A stretch of DNA of 64,000 nucleotides from the NCBI GenBank assembly GCA_964187785.1, contig OZ076415.1, positions 67,146,001-67,210,000 on the forward strand. The letters are read 5' to 3'. Origin of the DNA: Amphiscolops sp. MND2022 (Eukaryota). The notes beneath the pieces are model-generated. The model did no database searches. It saw nothing but the letters and a program-made list of their open reading frames with translations, and was not told the origin of the DNA. Shown piece after piece: positions 35,600 through 49,300 of the stretch. Position numbers and translations under genes: made by a program. Positions within the stretch are counted from its first letter, which is position 1, and each line of letters begins with the position of its first letter.

Positions 35600-38500
35600 A
35601 TGACTTCCTATGAAGGGAAAACGCTTCAGCAACTCAAGCGCTTTCGTTCAGCGATCACAGGCGTGATAACCAAGACGCTGACAAAGACGCAACCAATTCT
35701 TGCCAAGGACAAAAACGACGTGACACCAGATGAGATTGCTGATTTGGAAGTCAGGCAAGCACTCTTCGAGCAGAAACTAAGTGAAGCTGAGCTTCTCAAC
35801 GCAGCAATTTTGGAGCAAACCCCAGACGCAGACGACGAGGTACAGGAAGAACTCATCAATGCCAGTGAGTTTCATTGTAACATATCTTTTGAGCTTAAAA
35901 GGATAGTGAAATTTCTCGAGCAATTCGTTGAACCTGGTCCCAGTCTTGAAAATGCTCCTGCTGCGGCAAGTGCGTCAGCCAATTGTGCAAGTAGTCTCAA
36001 AATGCCAAAATTCAGCTTGCCAAATTTTGACGGACAATATCAAAACTGGACGCCATTCTATGAACAATTCATGGCTTCGGTGGATAGTTCCAAAACTCTG
36101 CCAGACATTCAGAAATTCAACTACCTCAAATCTTCTCTTGTGGGCGAAGCTTCACAACTCATTTCATACCTACCTTTGTCAAATACAAATTACAAGATAG
36201 CGCTGAAAATTTTGATTGACCACTACGATAATCAGCGACTCATTGTGAACACCCATTTGGCAACCATTTTCAATTTGAAACCTCTACAAAGCGAATCAGC
36301 ATCACAATTACGAAAGCTCATAGTTGCATTCGAAGAAAATTTGATGGCCATTCAGGCTTTAAAGCTGGACGTTACTTCAAGTGATTTTGTTTGGGTTCAC
36401 GTTTTGACCAAAAAACTAGATCCAGAATCCAGGTGGCAATTTGAACTGGATCATCCAGGAAAGGAACTCCAGACGCTACAGCAACTAACGGACTTCATAA
36501 ATAGGCGAGTTCAAGCTTTGGAAGTCTCAGATACACGCAATTATTGAGTGAAAAATGATAAAATCAGTGCTATAACAGAACGCACTTCAAAGCAGAATTT
36601 CCAGAATTCAATCACACAGAATTATAAAGCCAAGTTTGAAAAATGCTCCGTATGTTCGGCAGATCACAAAATTTTCAAGTGTGAAAAATTCAAAACGTTG
36701 GATTTCAAGGCAAAGAAAGCTCTTGTTTTCAATTCCAAATTGTATTTCAATTGCCTCCAAGCAGGTCATCTTACAAAGGATTGTGAATCCAAAAGCACTT
36801 GCAAGGTTTGCAATGGTAAACATAATTCCTTGCTTCACAATGAAAATGCTGGTACACACATTGAAAGTACTAGCACACTTGTCTCCGGACAAGCATTGAT
36901 TCCATCTAATATTGGCATCTTACCAACAGCTATGGTTTCTATAGAAGATGACTCAAGCAATGTCATCAAATGTCGTGCTCTTCTAGACAGTGGCTCTCAA
37001 ATGAGTCTCATATCGGAAGAAGCAGTGCAACGAATGAAGTTGAAGCGTCAAAAACAATCACTCACTGTCAATGGGATTGGCAATGTTCACAGGACATACA
37101 ACTCTGGAAAGGTTCTGTTGAAACTGAAATCTAAAACAGGAAAACCGTTAGAAGTCCAGGCTTTCATTCTTCCAAATTTGACTCAGCATTTACCAAATAG
37201 GTCTTTCAAAACTACAGGCTGGCTGCAAATGAAAACAGTTGAGCTAGCGGATCCTCATTTCAATGAGAGGAAACCAATTGATTCAATTCTCGGAGCAGAC
37301 GTATTCGCGGAAATTATTTTGGATGGTTCTTTCAAAGAAGGAAATGGACTACACTTCCGTAATTCCATTTTTGGATGGATCGCATCGGGCAACCAACCCA
37401 ATCAAGAATCGTCTAGTGTTACAACTTCACTTTGCATAAATGAAACTTTCGATTTAAAAAAGTTTTAGGGAATAGAAGAAATTCCGAAAGCAAATCAATG
37501 GACAAATGAAGAACTTGCCTGTGAAAAACATTTCCAGGAAACAACTCAAATTGTTGAAAATCGATTTCAAGTATCAATGCCTTTCAAACCAGACGCTCGA
37601 CCTTTGGGGGATACATATGTCCAAGCCAAACGCCGTTTTCTCAGTTTGGAAAAAAGGTTAGAAGGTAACTCTAGCCTGAAACAACGTTATACAGACTTCA
37701 TTAACGAGTTCATTTCACTACAACATCTGGAACCTGTTCCAGATGCCGAAATTGACAAGACAGACCGTCAAGTGAACTTTCTACCACATCACTGTGTTCA
37801 CAAGGAGGATTCAACAACAACGAAACTGAGAGTTGTCTTTGATGGATCTGCAAAATCAACATCTGGTAATTCTCTCAACAGTTCCTTGATGATCGGGCCG
37901 ACGGTCCAAGAAGACATTTTCTCGATTCTCATAAGATTCAGATTCCATAAAATTGCTCTTTCTGCGGATATTGCAAAAATGTATAGGCAAGTCTCATTGG
38001 ATAAGGCCGGGAAAGATTTCCATCGGACTACTTGGGCGGGATTCCGCAACAAAACCGATCCAGCAGTATCGTATGACACGATGTATCTATGGAATAGCAT
38101 CTTCAGCCTTTCATTGTACTCGTGCAGTGAAGGAAATTGGAGATTCATGTGCTGACAAAGAACTCGGACACTCCATCAAGACAGATTTCTACGTTGATGA
38201 CTACCTGTCTGGAGCCAATTCCATCACAGAAGCTAGAACGAAGATAACAAAGGTTTGTGATGAACTCCAGAAGTATGGAATGCAGCTTCGTAAATGGGCC
38301 TCAAGTCATCACGAAATTACCACAGAACTGCCTGCGGAGCTCCGCGAAAACGTGGACATTGCAATAGTAATGCATGAAGACTACAAAATCGAAACGTTGG
38401 GAATTTCGTGGAAACCCAACACAGACAAATTCTACTTCAATACAGATTTTGCAGAGCGAAACAAGCTGACAAAGCGAGAGCTCCTCTCAATAACGACGAG

Positions 38501-40757
38501 ACTCTTCGATCCAATTGGTTTGTTTGGACCCATTGTAATTAGATTCAAGATACTACTGCAGAAAATTTGGGTTCTTGGGATCAGTTGGGATAAAACTTTG
38601 CCATCGGAGATCCAAGTGCAATGGAATCAGATGAAAACGGACTTGAAAAGTTTTAGAGATTTCTCGTTGAATCGATGCATAGTTCCCCCAACGAAAATTC
38701 AAACCGTACAACTGCATTTGTTCTCAGATGCATCGGAGCAGGCATACGCAGCTGTAATCTATGCGAGGATGGAGGAAACGAATGGTTTCGTCACTATGAA
38801 CCTCATGACAGGAAAGAATAGAGTGGCACCCATCAAAACAGTATCTCTTCCGCGTTTGGAATTGTGTGGTGCTCATTTGGGAGTCAAACTTTTGTCCAGG
38901 GTTGAAAAAATTCTCAAACTGACAAGTCTACCACACCAAGAAGTCTTTGGTTGGACCGATTCCACGATTGTGCTTCAATGGCTGGCACAACTTCCACGAA
39001 CTTGGACAACATTCGTAGCTAATCGAGTGTCTGAAGTGCAACAAATATTGCCGAGAGCAAATTGGAATCACGTTTCTTCATCGAGCAACCCCGCTGATTG
39101 TTCATCACGAGGAGCAAGGCTGGAAGTTCTTCAATCCTCCAGTCTGTGGTGGAATGGACCCGAATGGCTAAAAAAATCGCAAGATTCTTGGCCAAAATCC
39201 AAATTACAATTAGCTGAACCAATTGAAGTGAGACTCAAAAATGCAAAAATCACTGCATCATCAATTTCACTCACAGTCACACAATCGACATTGCTTTTCC
39301 GACATGATCGATACTCGAGTTTTTCCAAACTTATTCGGGTAGTCGCAACAGTTTTCATCGCCATGGAGAAGCTCAAGAGAGTCAACCGTTCATCTGATGT
39401 AACTGCGGCAGACATAACATCTGCAAAACGGAAAATACTAAAAGAGCATCAGATCGACTACTATGCAACTGAGTATCACACACTGGAAGCAGGGAAAGAG
39501 CTGTCAAAACAAAGTAAAATTCTCAATCTGAATCCATTCTTTGATGACGAAAGCAAGATCATCAGAGTGGGTGGACGCTTGTCTCAAGGCCAATTCAGAG
39601 AGCTGAAGAAATTTCCACTGTTAGTCAGTCAAGATTCAAAACTTGCGGTTCTCATTCTTCAACATTTTCATGAAGCTACGCTTCATGGTGGGGCGGAGCT
39701 GACTGTGAACTCCAGTCGAGAAGAATTTTGGTATCCAAATTCCAAGGTCCTGGTGAAAAAAGTGATCAAAGAATGCGTCAAGTGCAGTCGCTTCGAAAAC
39801 AAAATACCCTATCAACTCATGGCCGACTTGCCGTCTGAAAGGATAACACCGGCAAAACCCTTCGAAATATGTGGTTTGGATTTGGCAGGGCCAATATATA
39901 CTAAACCAGGAGTAAAAACGTACATAGCTATTTTTGTTTGCTTCGTAATCAAAGCAGTTCACATTGAATTAGTAACAGATCTAACGAAGGATTCATGTGT
40001 TTTGGCTATTCGGAGATTTATTTCCAGACGCGGCATACCTAGAAAAATTCTCAGTGACAATGGAAAGAACTTCATTGGAGCTAGCAATGATATCATGAAA
40101 ATACAAGAAATTCTCGCAAGGGAGAACAACAAAAATTCAGTTAGAAGTTTCATGGCGCAAGAAACAATTAAATGGGAAATGATTCCGCCCAGGTCACCGC
40201 ATTTTGGAGGATTATGGGAAGCTTCAGTGAAAAGTATGAAGCGTCACCTCCGCAGAGTCGTAGGTCTTCAAGTCCTTTCATTTGAAGAGCTGAATACATT
40301 GGTAATTGAAATAGAAGGAATTCTAAATTCCCGACCTTTGTCTGCAATGTCCAGTGACCCAAACGACCTTCAGCTGATTACCCCAGCACATTTTCTTCTA
40401 GGTAAACCGGCAAAAGATATACCTACAGTTCGTGAATGTGATGCGAAAATCAACTTTGGACAGAGATTCAAGTTACTCGAAGCATCTAAGCGATCATTTT
40501 GGACGTCAGGGTATCGAGATTACGTGGTAACCCTTCAGATACGCAAAAGATGGCTTCAATCGGGCCCTAGCTTCCAACAAGGTGATCTTGTCTTAGTGGC
40601 AGAAGACAACATGCCCCCCTTGCGATGGAAAATGGCAAGAATTGAGCAGTTGTACTCTGGCAACGATAACATAAACAGAGTTGCGAAACTCAAAACTGCA
40701 GTTGGTCAAATAATAAGACCTGTAGTCAAGCTCAGGAAGCTTCCTATTGAATCCTGA
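35600..40757 (+). pseudogene. pol: BEL/Pao gag-pol polyprotein, disrupted
   Basis: FDGQYQNW gag motif, three Cys/His knuckles, LLDSGS, YVDDYLSG, FSDASEQAY, integrase with SPHFGGLWE. Stops at 36545 and 37466; frameshift ~38025. Confidence 0.93.
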
Positions 40758-41425
40758 TATGGTTTCTTGAAGCAAATCGTACCTTGAAACACTTTAATAA
40801 TCGTATTTGTTGGCATTTGTCGTTCTACCGACAAAAAGTTGACCGAAGTTCTTCGCATCCCCTTTTGAGATTATCCATAGCAGCGCTCTGGGACTTACTT
40901 TAAACTGTACAGGAGACTCTCTGCTACAACTTCTAGGAACCCGAATTTTTAATTTCGGATTTTATCTTATTTTCTGAACCCTCAAAGTTATCACCTATTA
41001 CCCTATCTTCAGTACTATTGAGTAGCTACAAAATTATTTTCATGTTTAAAAGTTATTGAAGAGGTCATATAAACGAACAAACGTAACAGAAATCAACCTG
41101 AAACAGAATGGAGCGTGACTAACACTGTGAATGACTCGGCAGCAAAAAGATTGGATCAATTGATAAACCGCAACGTACTGGTTCGAATGAATCAGGTAGT
41201 TCATGCGTCGACAGCGTACTATTCCATTAAGGTTTTGTTCAATTTCTGAATACCTTACTACAATTCACTCAGTCATTCGATTTATTCACGTGAGCTGGCA
41301 CACTGTTGACTGCTATGGTCATCAAAAAATCAAACGTTATTCAATGAACGAAAGTAATTTCTGAAGATCAAATTTTCCTTGATTATTACAAAAAAAAGTT
41401 CCGGTAAAATGAAATTATCATTTGG

Positions 41426-42711
41426 TTAGTCGCTGGTGGCATTCCAAATTTCTACCCAAGCAGCAACAGGGAGTTCTTCATCATCAGAATCGAGATCAGT
41501 CAACGTTGGACAATCTTGACGTCCGCTTTCTGATACTGATTGACCAAAGTTAGCCAATCGTCGATTCTTCAAGGACTTTCTTTTCAAGCGTTTGATCGAA
41601 CTCAAACTCTCTTTCAAGTTATATTCATAGCGATGGAAGGCTTCAAGGTGCTCCACCATCTCTTTTCTAACAAGGAATGCCCTGACAGTCTTGGATTCCG
41701 AACAGACTGCAGACGTTTCGGACGATTTTTCCTGCACATTTTTCTTCCAATCAGACAACGCTTTTCTCCAGTACTTTATTCTGAGAAGCTTAATTAGACG
41801 ACCCAAGGACATCTGCTCAAGCCACTGCAGGAAAAAGCCCCGTTTGACGCCGCTGGAAAACCGATCTATTACCAAACTTCCACGAAGATGGTCAGACACA
41901 TTCAAACCCTCCCAGCCGTGCACAAGAGACCAACTAGTGCTTCCATCGGCAGCCGATGTGCGACCAGTCAGAACACAATGTGCAAAACAAGGAGGTTGAA
42001 TCAGAAGGTCACCAGGTTTCGCCAAATGATAACCGAGACCACGACAGAGCTTTTCATCATTACCATACTTTGCTCGGTCCATCAATAAATGATGAAAGTC
42101 TTTGAATGTTGTATCCCATATAGAAAACGAGAAAATTCAATATTGGAAGCAATGAGCCAGAGTTTTCGCCCGGACTCCAGCTTAGCAACACTTTCGGCCC
42201 CTGCGCTTTCTATATGGCCACTGGTGAACCAAGGATCCTTTATTGCTAAAAGAGCCTTGGAATCAACTGAAATGTAAGAAGGCGCGTCGACGCGTACACA
42301 GTCATCACTAAGTTCGAACGAGACTGTTCGACTACCTTCAAAACCTTTGTTATCCAAACATGAACTGGTAGCGTGGACAACAGCATCAAATCTATTTTTG
42401 ACTGATTCGAACAAAACATGGCCATGATTCCAGAAAGCTTTCGCTTGAGGACTCAAGTCGCACAGAGTGTCAGCAAGAGGTCCACGGAAGACAGTTGGAA
42501 TGCTTGGAAAATTACTCACCCAATTCAGAGCATTAAAAAGCACCAAAACAGGAAGTATTCCCCGAGCCTTCCAATTTCTGCCATCATTTTCCTCAGCCTC
42601 GAAGAAAATGTCTTCTACATCATTTTCAGCGGCAACAAATTGCGACGCAGACTGACCGTCAACACTTTCCCCAGCAAGAAGACTCATGGCAGTTTCTGAA
42701 AAAAAATTCAT
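41426..42711 (-). CDS. Antisense JmjC-like Fe(II)/2-OG dioxygenase inside the BEL element (one frameshift at 42082-42085)
   Basis: WFTSGHIESAG...GRKLWLI and KPGDLLIQPPCFAHCVLT. H-x-E...H triad (His at 42214-42216 and 41978-41980), Thr at -3 and Lys at +17 from the first His, as in KDM2/7-type JmjC. Confidence 0.75.
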
Positions 42712-43003
42712 TGAAGCCACTTGCTTCAAGGGGAGCGGAATGTTGACGGTCAGTCTGATACTGAAAGACGTTTTATATTCAAAAATTCTAATATTGAGTT
42801 CATTGATTATGATATCGCACCAATTAAAGACACGTGCTTCTCATTGATGTTGTAAATTTGTTCACTCATGTAAACTGAATCATTCCTTTCTTCTTTCTTC
42901 ACACTGTTCAGTTGCTGTAACTCTACTAAAAATAAAAGTCATCAGACTAATCACTTTTGCTCTCCCAAAAACAAAGACAATCACGACACCTACTAACTGG
43001 TGT

Positions 43004-43285
43004 CATGTCAAAATCTCCTAGACGAAAATCTTCGTTAAAATTTTTTCAAATTAGGGTATCGTGGTTGTTTTCGTTCACATACGGATAGTGCCCTAACTGC
43101 AGGAGCGCAGCGAAGCGGAGCGACGTGCATTACTGGTCCAGTGGCTGGTTCTGACGAAGGCTAACTTAGAGAGGCAAGATGCGCCATAGAAACAGGAATG
43201 TCGAGTCATACAACCCAGGATAGATTTTAACCTAGGATATTCTGGTCTGGGAGATTTTAACTTTAGCCTAGGATTTTTTGACATG
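43004..43285. mobile_element. MITE-like element
   Basis: Imperfect 18-bp TIR CATGTCAAAATCTCCTAG / CTAGGATTTTTTGACATG. Confidence 0.45.
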
Positions 43286-43501
43286 TAACCCTACTCACTG
43301 ACTTCAGTTTACAAGACAACGTTTCGAAAAAAACTTCAAAGAAAAACAAATGACTTCCAATCTCAAATTAGTGAAATAAACAACTTTCAAACATAAAGCT
43401 TGTACATCAAAATATGTCTATTTTTTCTCAAAGCGGAGCAAAATTAACTCAGTGAGTTATGACATGACAGCAACGAATAATATTCTTCATTGAGTCAGAA
43501 A

Positions 43502-43850
43502 AACAAGCCTGGAACGGCTTAAGTCGGCGCCATATCTAAGGCTCAAAAATAGCAAAAGGACTTCAAAGGACTGTATTTTTTTACAGTACCCGAAAAACCC
43601 AAAAATTGGACCGAATTGACGCGCTGAAAAGGGGGCACTCTTGGATTTTCAACAATTCTGTCGCAAAACATCAAAAAATTGAAGGGGAGACCCTTTGAAG
43701 TCTCTAAAAATTTTTCGAAAAAAAATCTCACAATGCCGAAAAAATTCAAAGGGGACCTTTTAGTCTTGCCCGATATTGTATGTTGCGCTGAAAAAAAGGA
43801 ATAACTCTTTTGATTAGGTTCCTTGGACCAAATGGTCCAATTTGACACCT
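43502..43850 (-). repeat. Dispersed repeat family with AAAGGGTCCCCC-type subrepeats
   Basis: Terminal motif GAGCCTTAGATATGGCGCCGACTT shared with copies ending ~57213 and ~57800; related GCGCCGACTTGGGCCG at ~52095 and ~56057. Confidence 0.7.
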
Positions 43851-46395
43851 TAAAGTTTCGTAGAAATTTTACGAACTATTTTAGTCAGTTCGTGTGGATT
43901 GAAAAAAAAAGTCACTAGTATAATCGCGTTTCACTACATGAAGCGCCGACTAAAAACAAAAGGCTTCTGTATTTGGCATTCCCATTGTTGCCAGTTCCTG
44001 GATTGCTCTCCTGAAATAAAAACCAGTCTTATTGCACAGAGGAGAAAGAGGAAACTGTCGCTTCTGGACGAAATGCGCCAAGAGAAGAACTCTATTTTTT
44101 TGAAGCTCATGAAAGACAGAATGGGGGGATTTCAAGTAAGTGACTCCTATCATGTATGGTTTCACATGGTTATCGTTCTTCATGATACGTTGCAAATATA
44201 ATTTCAAAACCTCGTGGATCTAAAATCAGTGGATTACGGATTACGATGTCGAAAATTATTAAGCCGTTGAACAGTTAATTTCATTGGATAACATCACAAA
44301 TAACATAGAAGTATTCAATATCTGTATAAAAACTAATCCAATGAGCACCTTAGTTGGAGAAAATGCTGTAGAGTTCCTGGTTATCTACAATGTATACCGA
44401 AACTACATTTATGAGATATTGCTCCACTTGTTTTCTGATTAACTCTTTTAGATCTATGGGTATTAGATTGGACTCCTGTAATCAGTTATAGATTTTAACT
44501 AAGGAATTGGATACAGTGACTATAGTGACTATAGTGACCTACACTTAACAGCAGTCCTACTGTATTTGATATTGGTCAAGTCGTTTTGAGTCAATTACCT
44601 TAGATGTAATGTCGGTTTCGAAGATTTGCAACGGCGATTCCTTTTGAATTTGCCGAAACAACTAGTGTAATGGTTTTGAACAAAACGACGCAAAAACCAA
44701 ATGGATTTTATTTTCACTTTAAAACTTTTTTTTAAAAATATTGAAAAACAGTGAGGATTGTTCAAAACTGACCATTGATTTTATTCAAAAAGCTAACTCT
44801 AATATTTTTGAAACTAATGTTTTTGAGTTTCATCTGAATATTGTCAATCAAAACCGCAAAAATTTATCCCTCAGTTAAAAAAAGTATATACCATTAGACG
44901 TGGCTGGTGTTGAAAAAATTCCAACTTACTTTCTCGTAGTTTTTGATCTCTCCGGTTTCAAAGAACCGTAAAGTTTCAAACGAGTAAACAGTTGACAAGC
45001 ATCAATGTTATGGGTCCTTGTACACAATTGCATGCAACCGAGTTTGTTTTATAGTTCCGCATGTGGTTGTTTCATGAATTCAGATCCGGGTTACATTAGT
45101 GTCACTTATGAATCAATTTTGTATAATTCCTGCTTTTTTAGGTCGAAGGGTTTGTTCCGTCCCCCGTGACAGAGATGAGTGAAGTTGGAGGCAATGGTTC
45201 GTCGAAGTGAGCAAAATCAAGTTCTGAAACCTGCTCATCAATGAGACAACAGCTTTATCACCTAAAAACTATATACAATTTACAGTTCCTCATTCTCTCA
45301 AAACACTGGTCAGCTTCATAATATACAGTTGTTTTCTAGGATAAAACGTTGAATTCAATTCGCTGGAAAAACTGCAGTAAATGATTTGAAACAACGGTAC
45401 AAAAACAAGAGAATTTCTCGGCTAAATATGATGCTAATTTTGTGAAATTTCTGTCAAGTTTTCCTTCTTGGCCGAATATCCACTCGGCCGAATTATTAAA
45501 TTCAATCATCGTGTTCATATATATGAAATGTTTGATGCAAAATAAAGCGTTATTTTAGAAAATTGACCGATAGGAAAACGCCATCGCTAAGCGGTCGCTA
45601 AATAATATGTATTACGCTAGCTAATTTCCGCTAATGTAAGTAATCCTTCGCTAACGCTAAAGCGGCGCTATTAGCGATTAGCGTCAAATCTCTGCTTCAT
45701 TACCGACTCGATCACTTTGTATTCACATTTTTCTCAACTGATCCTCTGATGTGATCACCGCTTCTCAAATATGTCTTGCTGATTCCTTGAGCGAAAGCAG
45801 CGACTTCGAGCATGCAACAACCTTGGCTCTACAGACCAAATTTAATTTGATTTGAACTGCCACAGGGAGCAAGAGAGAAATAGTCACATAATCAGCTCTG
45901 TATAAACGAATTGAGATCACGGAAGACTAGAAACTTCCTTATTGACAGTGGCACTCATTATCCTGAAAGAACTATGTCCTGATATTTCTCCATCTTGATT
46001 CATTAGGAACAATTAACGTGCTGCATAAACGCAACAAAAACTAGTTCACCATCACAATAGACTCACGACAGTGAACAAGCTTGATTTGAGAAACTTTTAC
46101 CAGAAAAACCCCCGAGTTTGTTTTTGCCACCTTTTTAGTCGGAGCTTTTCTGTAGAAAAGAGCGACAATAATGGCTTTTCGGCAGTTTTTTCGAAACACC
46201 TAACTGTCCAAAATAGTTCTACCAAAAGTTCAGTTTTGCAGTCAGTCACTTGGCGTAATAGTTAACGTGGAACTCCCGCGGTCTAAGAGGCAGGGGTACG
46301 TATGTCCGAGTCTCTGAAACAAATTTTTTATGTTTGCAAAAGTACAGGGGAGATCAAAGGGCCTTTAGAATTTTTTCAGCACTATGCTTTTAAGA

Positions 46396-49300
46396 TATAT
46401 AGAATTCATAGCTGTTTCGAAGCTAGAAACAAGTTTCTCAATATGTATGAACGACTTCTCCAGTCAGAAGAATATGAACGACTTCTCCAGTCTTTTTTTG
46501 TATTCCAACGGGAGAAAATCATTAACTTCTGATGTTTTTGTAAATCACTTTTGTGTTTACTTCTCTGAATACGGTTGAATTGATACTACCAACTCTTCGT
46601 CTCACTCAGCCTCAAAAGTCAAGAGGTTATGCGGCCTTAACCAATCATCTGAAACTAAGGTTGCTGTCAACTTTCGATGAGAAGTCACTTGTAAAAGATT
46701 AACTGAAAAATGAAGTGAATGATGGCAAGCAGAAGCGAGAAGTAAGAACTCAAGCAGAAAAATCTTTTTTTGCCAGTGAACCGCTACTCCATGCAGTCAG
46801 AAATCAACTTTCAGAGATGAGAAGCTAGTGTTTATTCAAAACTCAGACTCAAACTTTATTGATGCCTTTGTAAATTTTCTTGCTGTTTTTCCTAGGCTGA
46901 GTAGAGTTGAGTTTGATGTTGAGCGAGAGTACACATAGATAAGACAACTTTTTGAAATTTCTCGGAAGATTCCAAAAACACTTTGAAGATATATCCAGGC
47001 TTGACAAAAAATCTCAGAGACAATTTTTCTGGCAGACGTTTCGATAGCATTTCTTTGTTTTGGTTGATGTCCAAAGTGCACGTCGCTATGCACTGCATAG
47101 CATGACAAGAAATAGGGAATTTTCTGAGCTTAGTTTTGCTTCAAAACGCCTGTCATTCATGTTTTTTGTAAATACGTTGTTTTTACGATCCAGAGATACG
47201 CCGTTTTATGTGAAACGATCGAAGCAACATTCTCGCAAGTTCAAGAAGCACAAGCTCAGGTTCCAAAGGCTTGGAAATTTCAGTGTCTTTTACAAAACTC
47301 AGACATAAAATGACTAATTCTACTGTACAGTCTAGGTTAGAAACCTCGTTGTTTTCGAGACAAGACGAGGACTTTGAATACTTTGCTGAACGTTTTTAAG
47401 CTAAGCTTCATTTATTAAAATTGAGCACAGTCCTTCTTGGTCAGGAGAATTTACATGAGGAAACATGCGAATTTCACTACTGAGCAAAACAAGTTGAAAG
47501 AAAAACGGTTCGAAGTTTGGTGTGAACTGCTGCATTGTCTAGATAGGAAGTCATTGAGTTTAGTGAAAACAGCGAAACCTAACGGCATACAGGCTTTGGA
47601 AACTTTGGCAAGACTGTTTTAAAACTCGTGAACCTTCTCGTATCCATCAAACTTCAACTAAGTTGACGAACCTTAGAATGAACTCACAAGAAATTATGCG
47701 CGATTATTTGATGAGAGCTGAAGAACTTCAGCTCAATCTATCCGATGTTCGAGAAAACGTTAGTAATCAAATACTATGTTCGGTAGTCTTAGAAGGTTTG
47801 CCCAACAGTTTTGCAAGTTTCGTAACTGTTTTCAATTTTTTGCATTTAAGTTAAAACATTTGCTAACCTAACACGTGGTCTTTAGAAATTCGATAGTATT
47901 AGTTGCCAAGGTCAAACTGACCAAGGAACAAGTTCACATTTCACTAAAGACGTGAAGTGCTTCAAGTTCGGTAAAATTGGCCACCGACAAATATGAACGC
48001 AGAGCAAAAGTGTCTGCCATAGTGTGTTACGAATGTGGTGGAAAAGGCCCTAAAGCGAATGAGTGCCCCAAAAAGACAAATAGATCGAAAACAAGAGAAG
48101 CGCGTGAGACAAACGCTTTTACACGAAGCGAAACGAGATTGATCTAACAGCTGAAAAACAATTTTTTTCGTTTCATACTAGCCAAGCACATTTGACGTGT
48201 AAGAACATAGAACGTTTGTTAGACAACGGCTGTAGGAGTCACATGATAAAGGACGCTGAATTGTTCCGCGACTCGGACGTTTCGCGAATGGATAAAGTTC
48301 AATGTGAGAACGGAACTGAATCCAGTCCAGTATTGAGGTAGAGGATCCGTTCAATTTTTGGCAAAAGACAACCAAGGGGCCAAGATCAAATCTTGGAACT
48401 TGACGAATCGTTGTATGTTCCCCAATACACAAAAAAACTTAGTTTCGATCAAGAAACTGAACGAACAAAATGAGAGCGTTCATTTTGATGCAAACCGTCG
48501 CATAGTTCAGGATGATAGATGTTTTCCGTTAAAGTGCGAACATAACCTGTTTTGTTTGCAAGTTCATTGTTTGCATGGGCAAAGCAATGCCCCGACTGCA
48601 AGTCTTCAACTATGGCATGAAAGACTTGCTCACAATAACAAAATTGATGTTCGAAATTTGGCAAAGGCTGTAGTCGCTATGAAGTTAGTAGTTGAAGGAA
48701 ACGAATCTTGCGATGTGTGTAACACAGAAAAAGCCAAACGGTTACCGATACCCCGTCAAATAGCAGCTCGAGCTAAAAAACAATCAGACATATTTCACGT
48801 AGATTTACCGCCAGTGAACACGACGTCGATAAACATTTTTAAGCACGCTCTAGGATTCGTTGGTAGCTTCAGCAGACTCGGTGCTGTTTATCTACTAAGA
48901 ACAAGAGCCGAAGTCGGAACGAAGCTTTTGAGGTTCGAAGCTGAGATTGGAAATGATGCTAAAGAGTTCAAATTTGGAAATTTCGTCGACATTTGTACAA
49001 AGCAAAAAATTCATCAGGAATTTATTTGTGAATACAAACCAGAACAAAACAATACAATAAAACGTGTTTGGGGAACCATCGGGACGATGGCTAGTTGCCT
49101 GTTGAAAACGGCAGGCTTACCTGATTTTTTTTGTTTGCTTACCGAGCAGTTTTTCATATAAAAAACCGATGCTGTCACTCTGCTCATGGCACAATACTGT
49201 TTGAGAAGTTTTTTAAAAAGACACCAGATGTGACGCATTTTTGGGTATCAAGTTTTCATGTACTTAGAAAAACCAAAGCGAAGCAAGTCTGAACAACACT

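Larger units (their letters stand above)
35309..42988 (+). mobile_element. BEL/Pao LTR retrotransposon (element 3)
   Basis: LTRs 35309-35553 and 42741-42988, TSD CCTAC, PBS TGGTGCC at 35559, PPT AAGGGGAGCGGAA at 42728-42740. Confidence 0.95.

Noticed and set aside
42080-42085. TGATG stop/start overlap as programmed termination-reinitiation between two genes
   Set aside because: The break falls between the H-x-E and distal His of one JmjC domain, so a 1-nt indel in a single ORF is more parsimonious.
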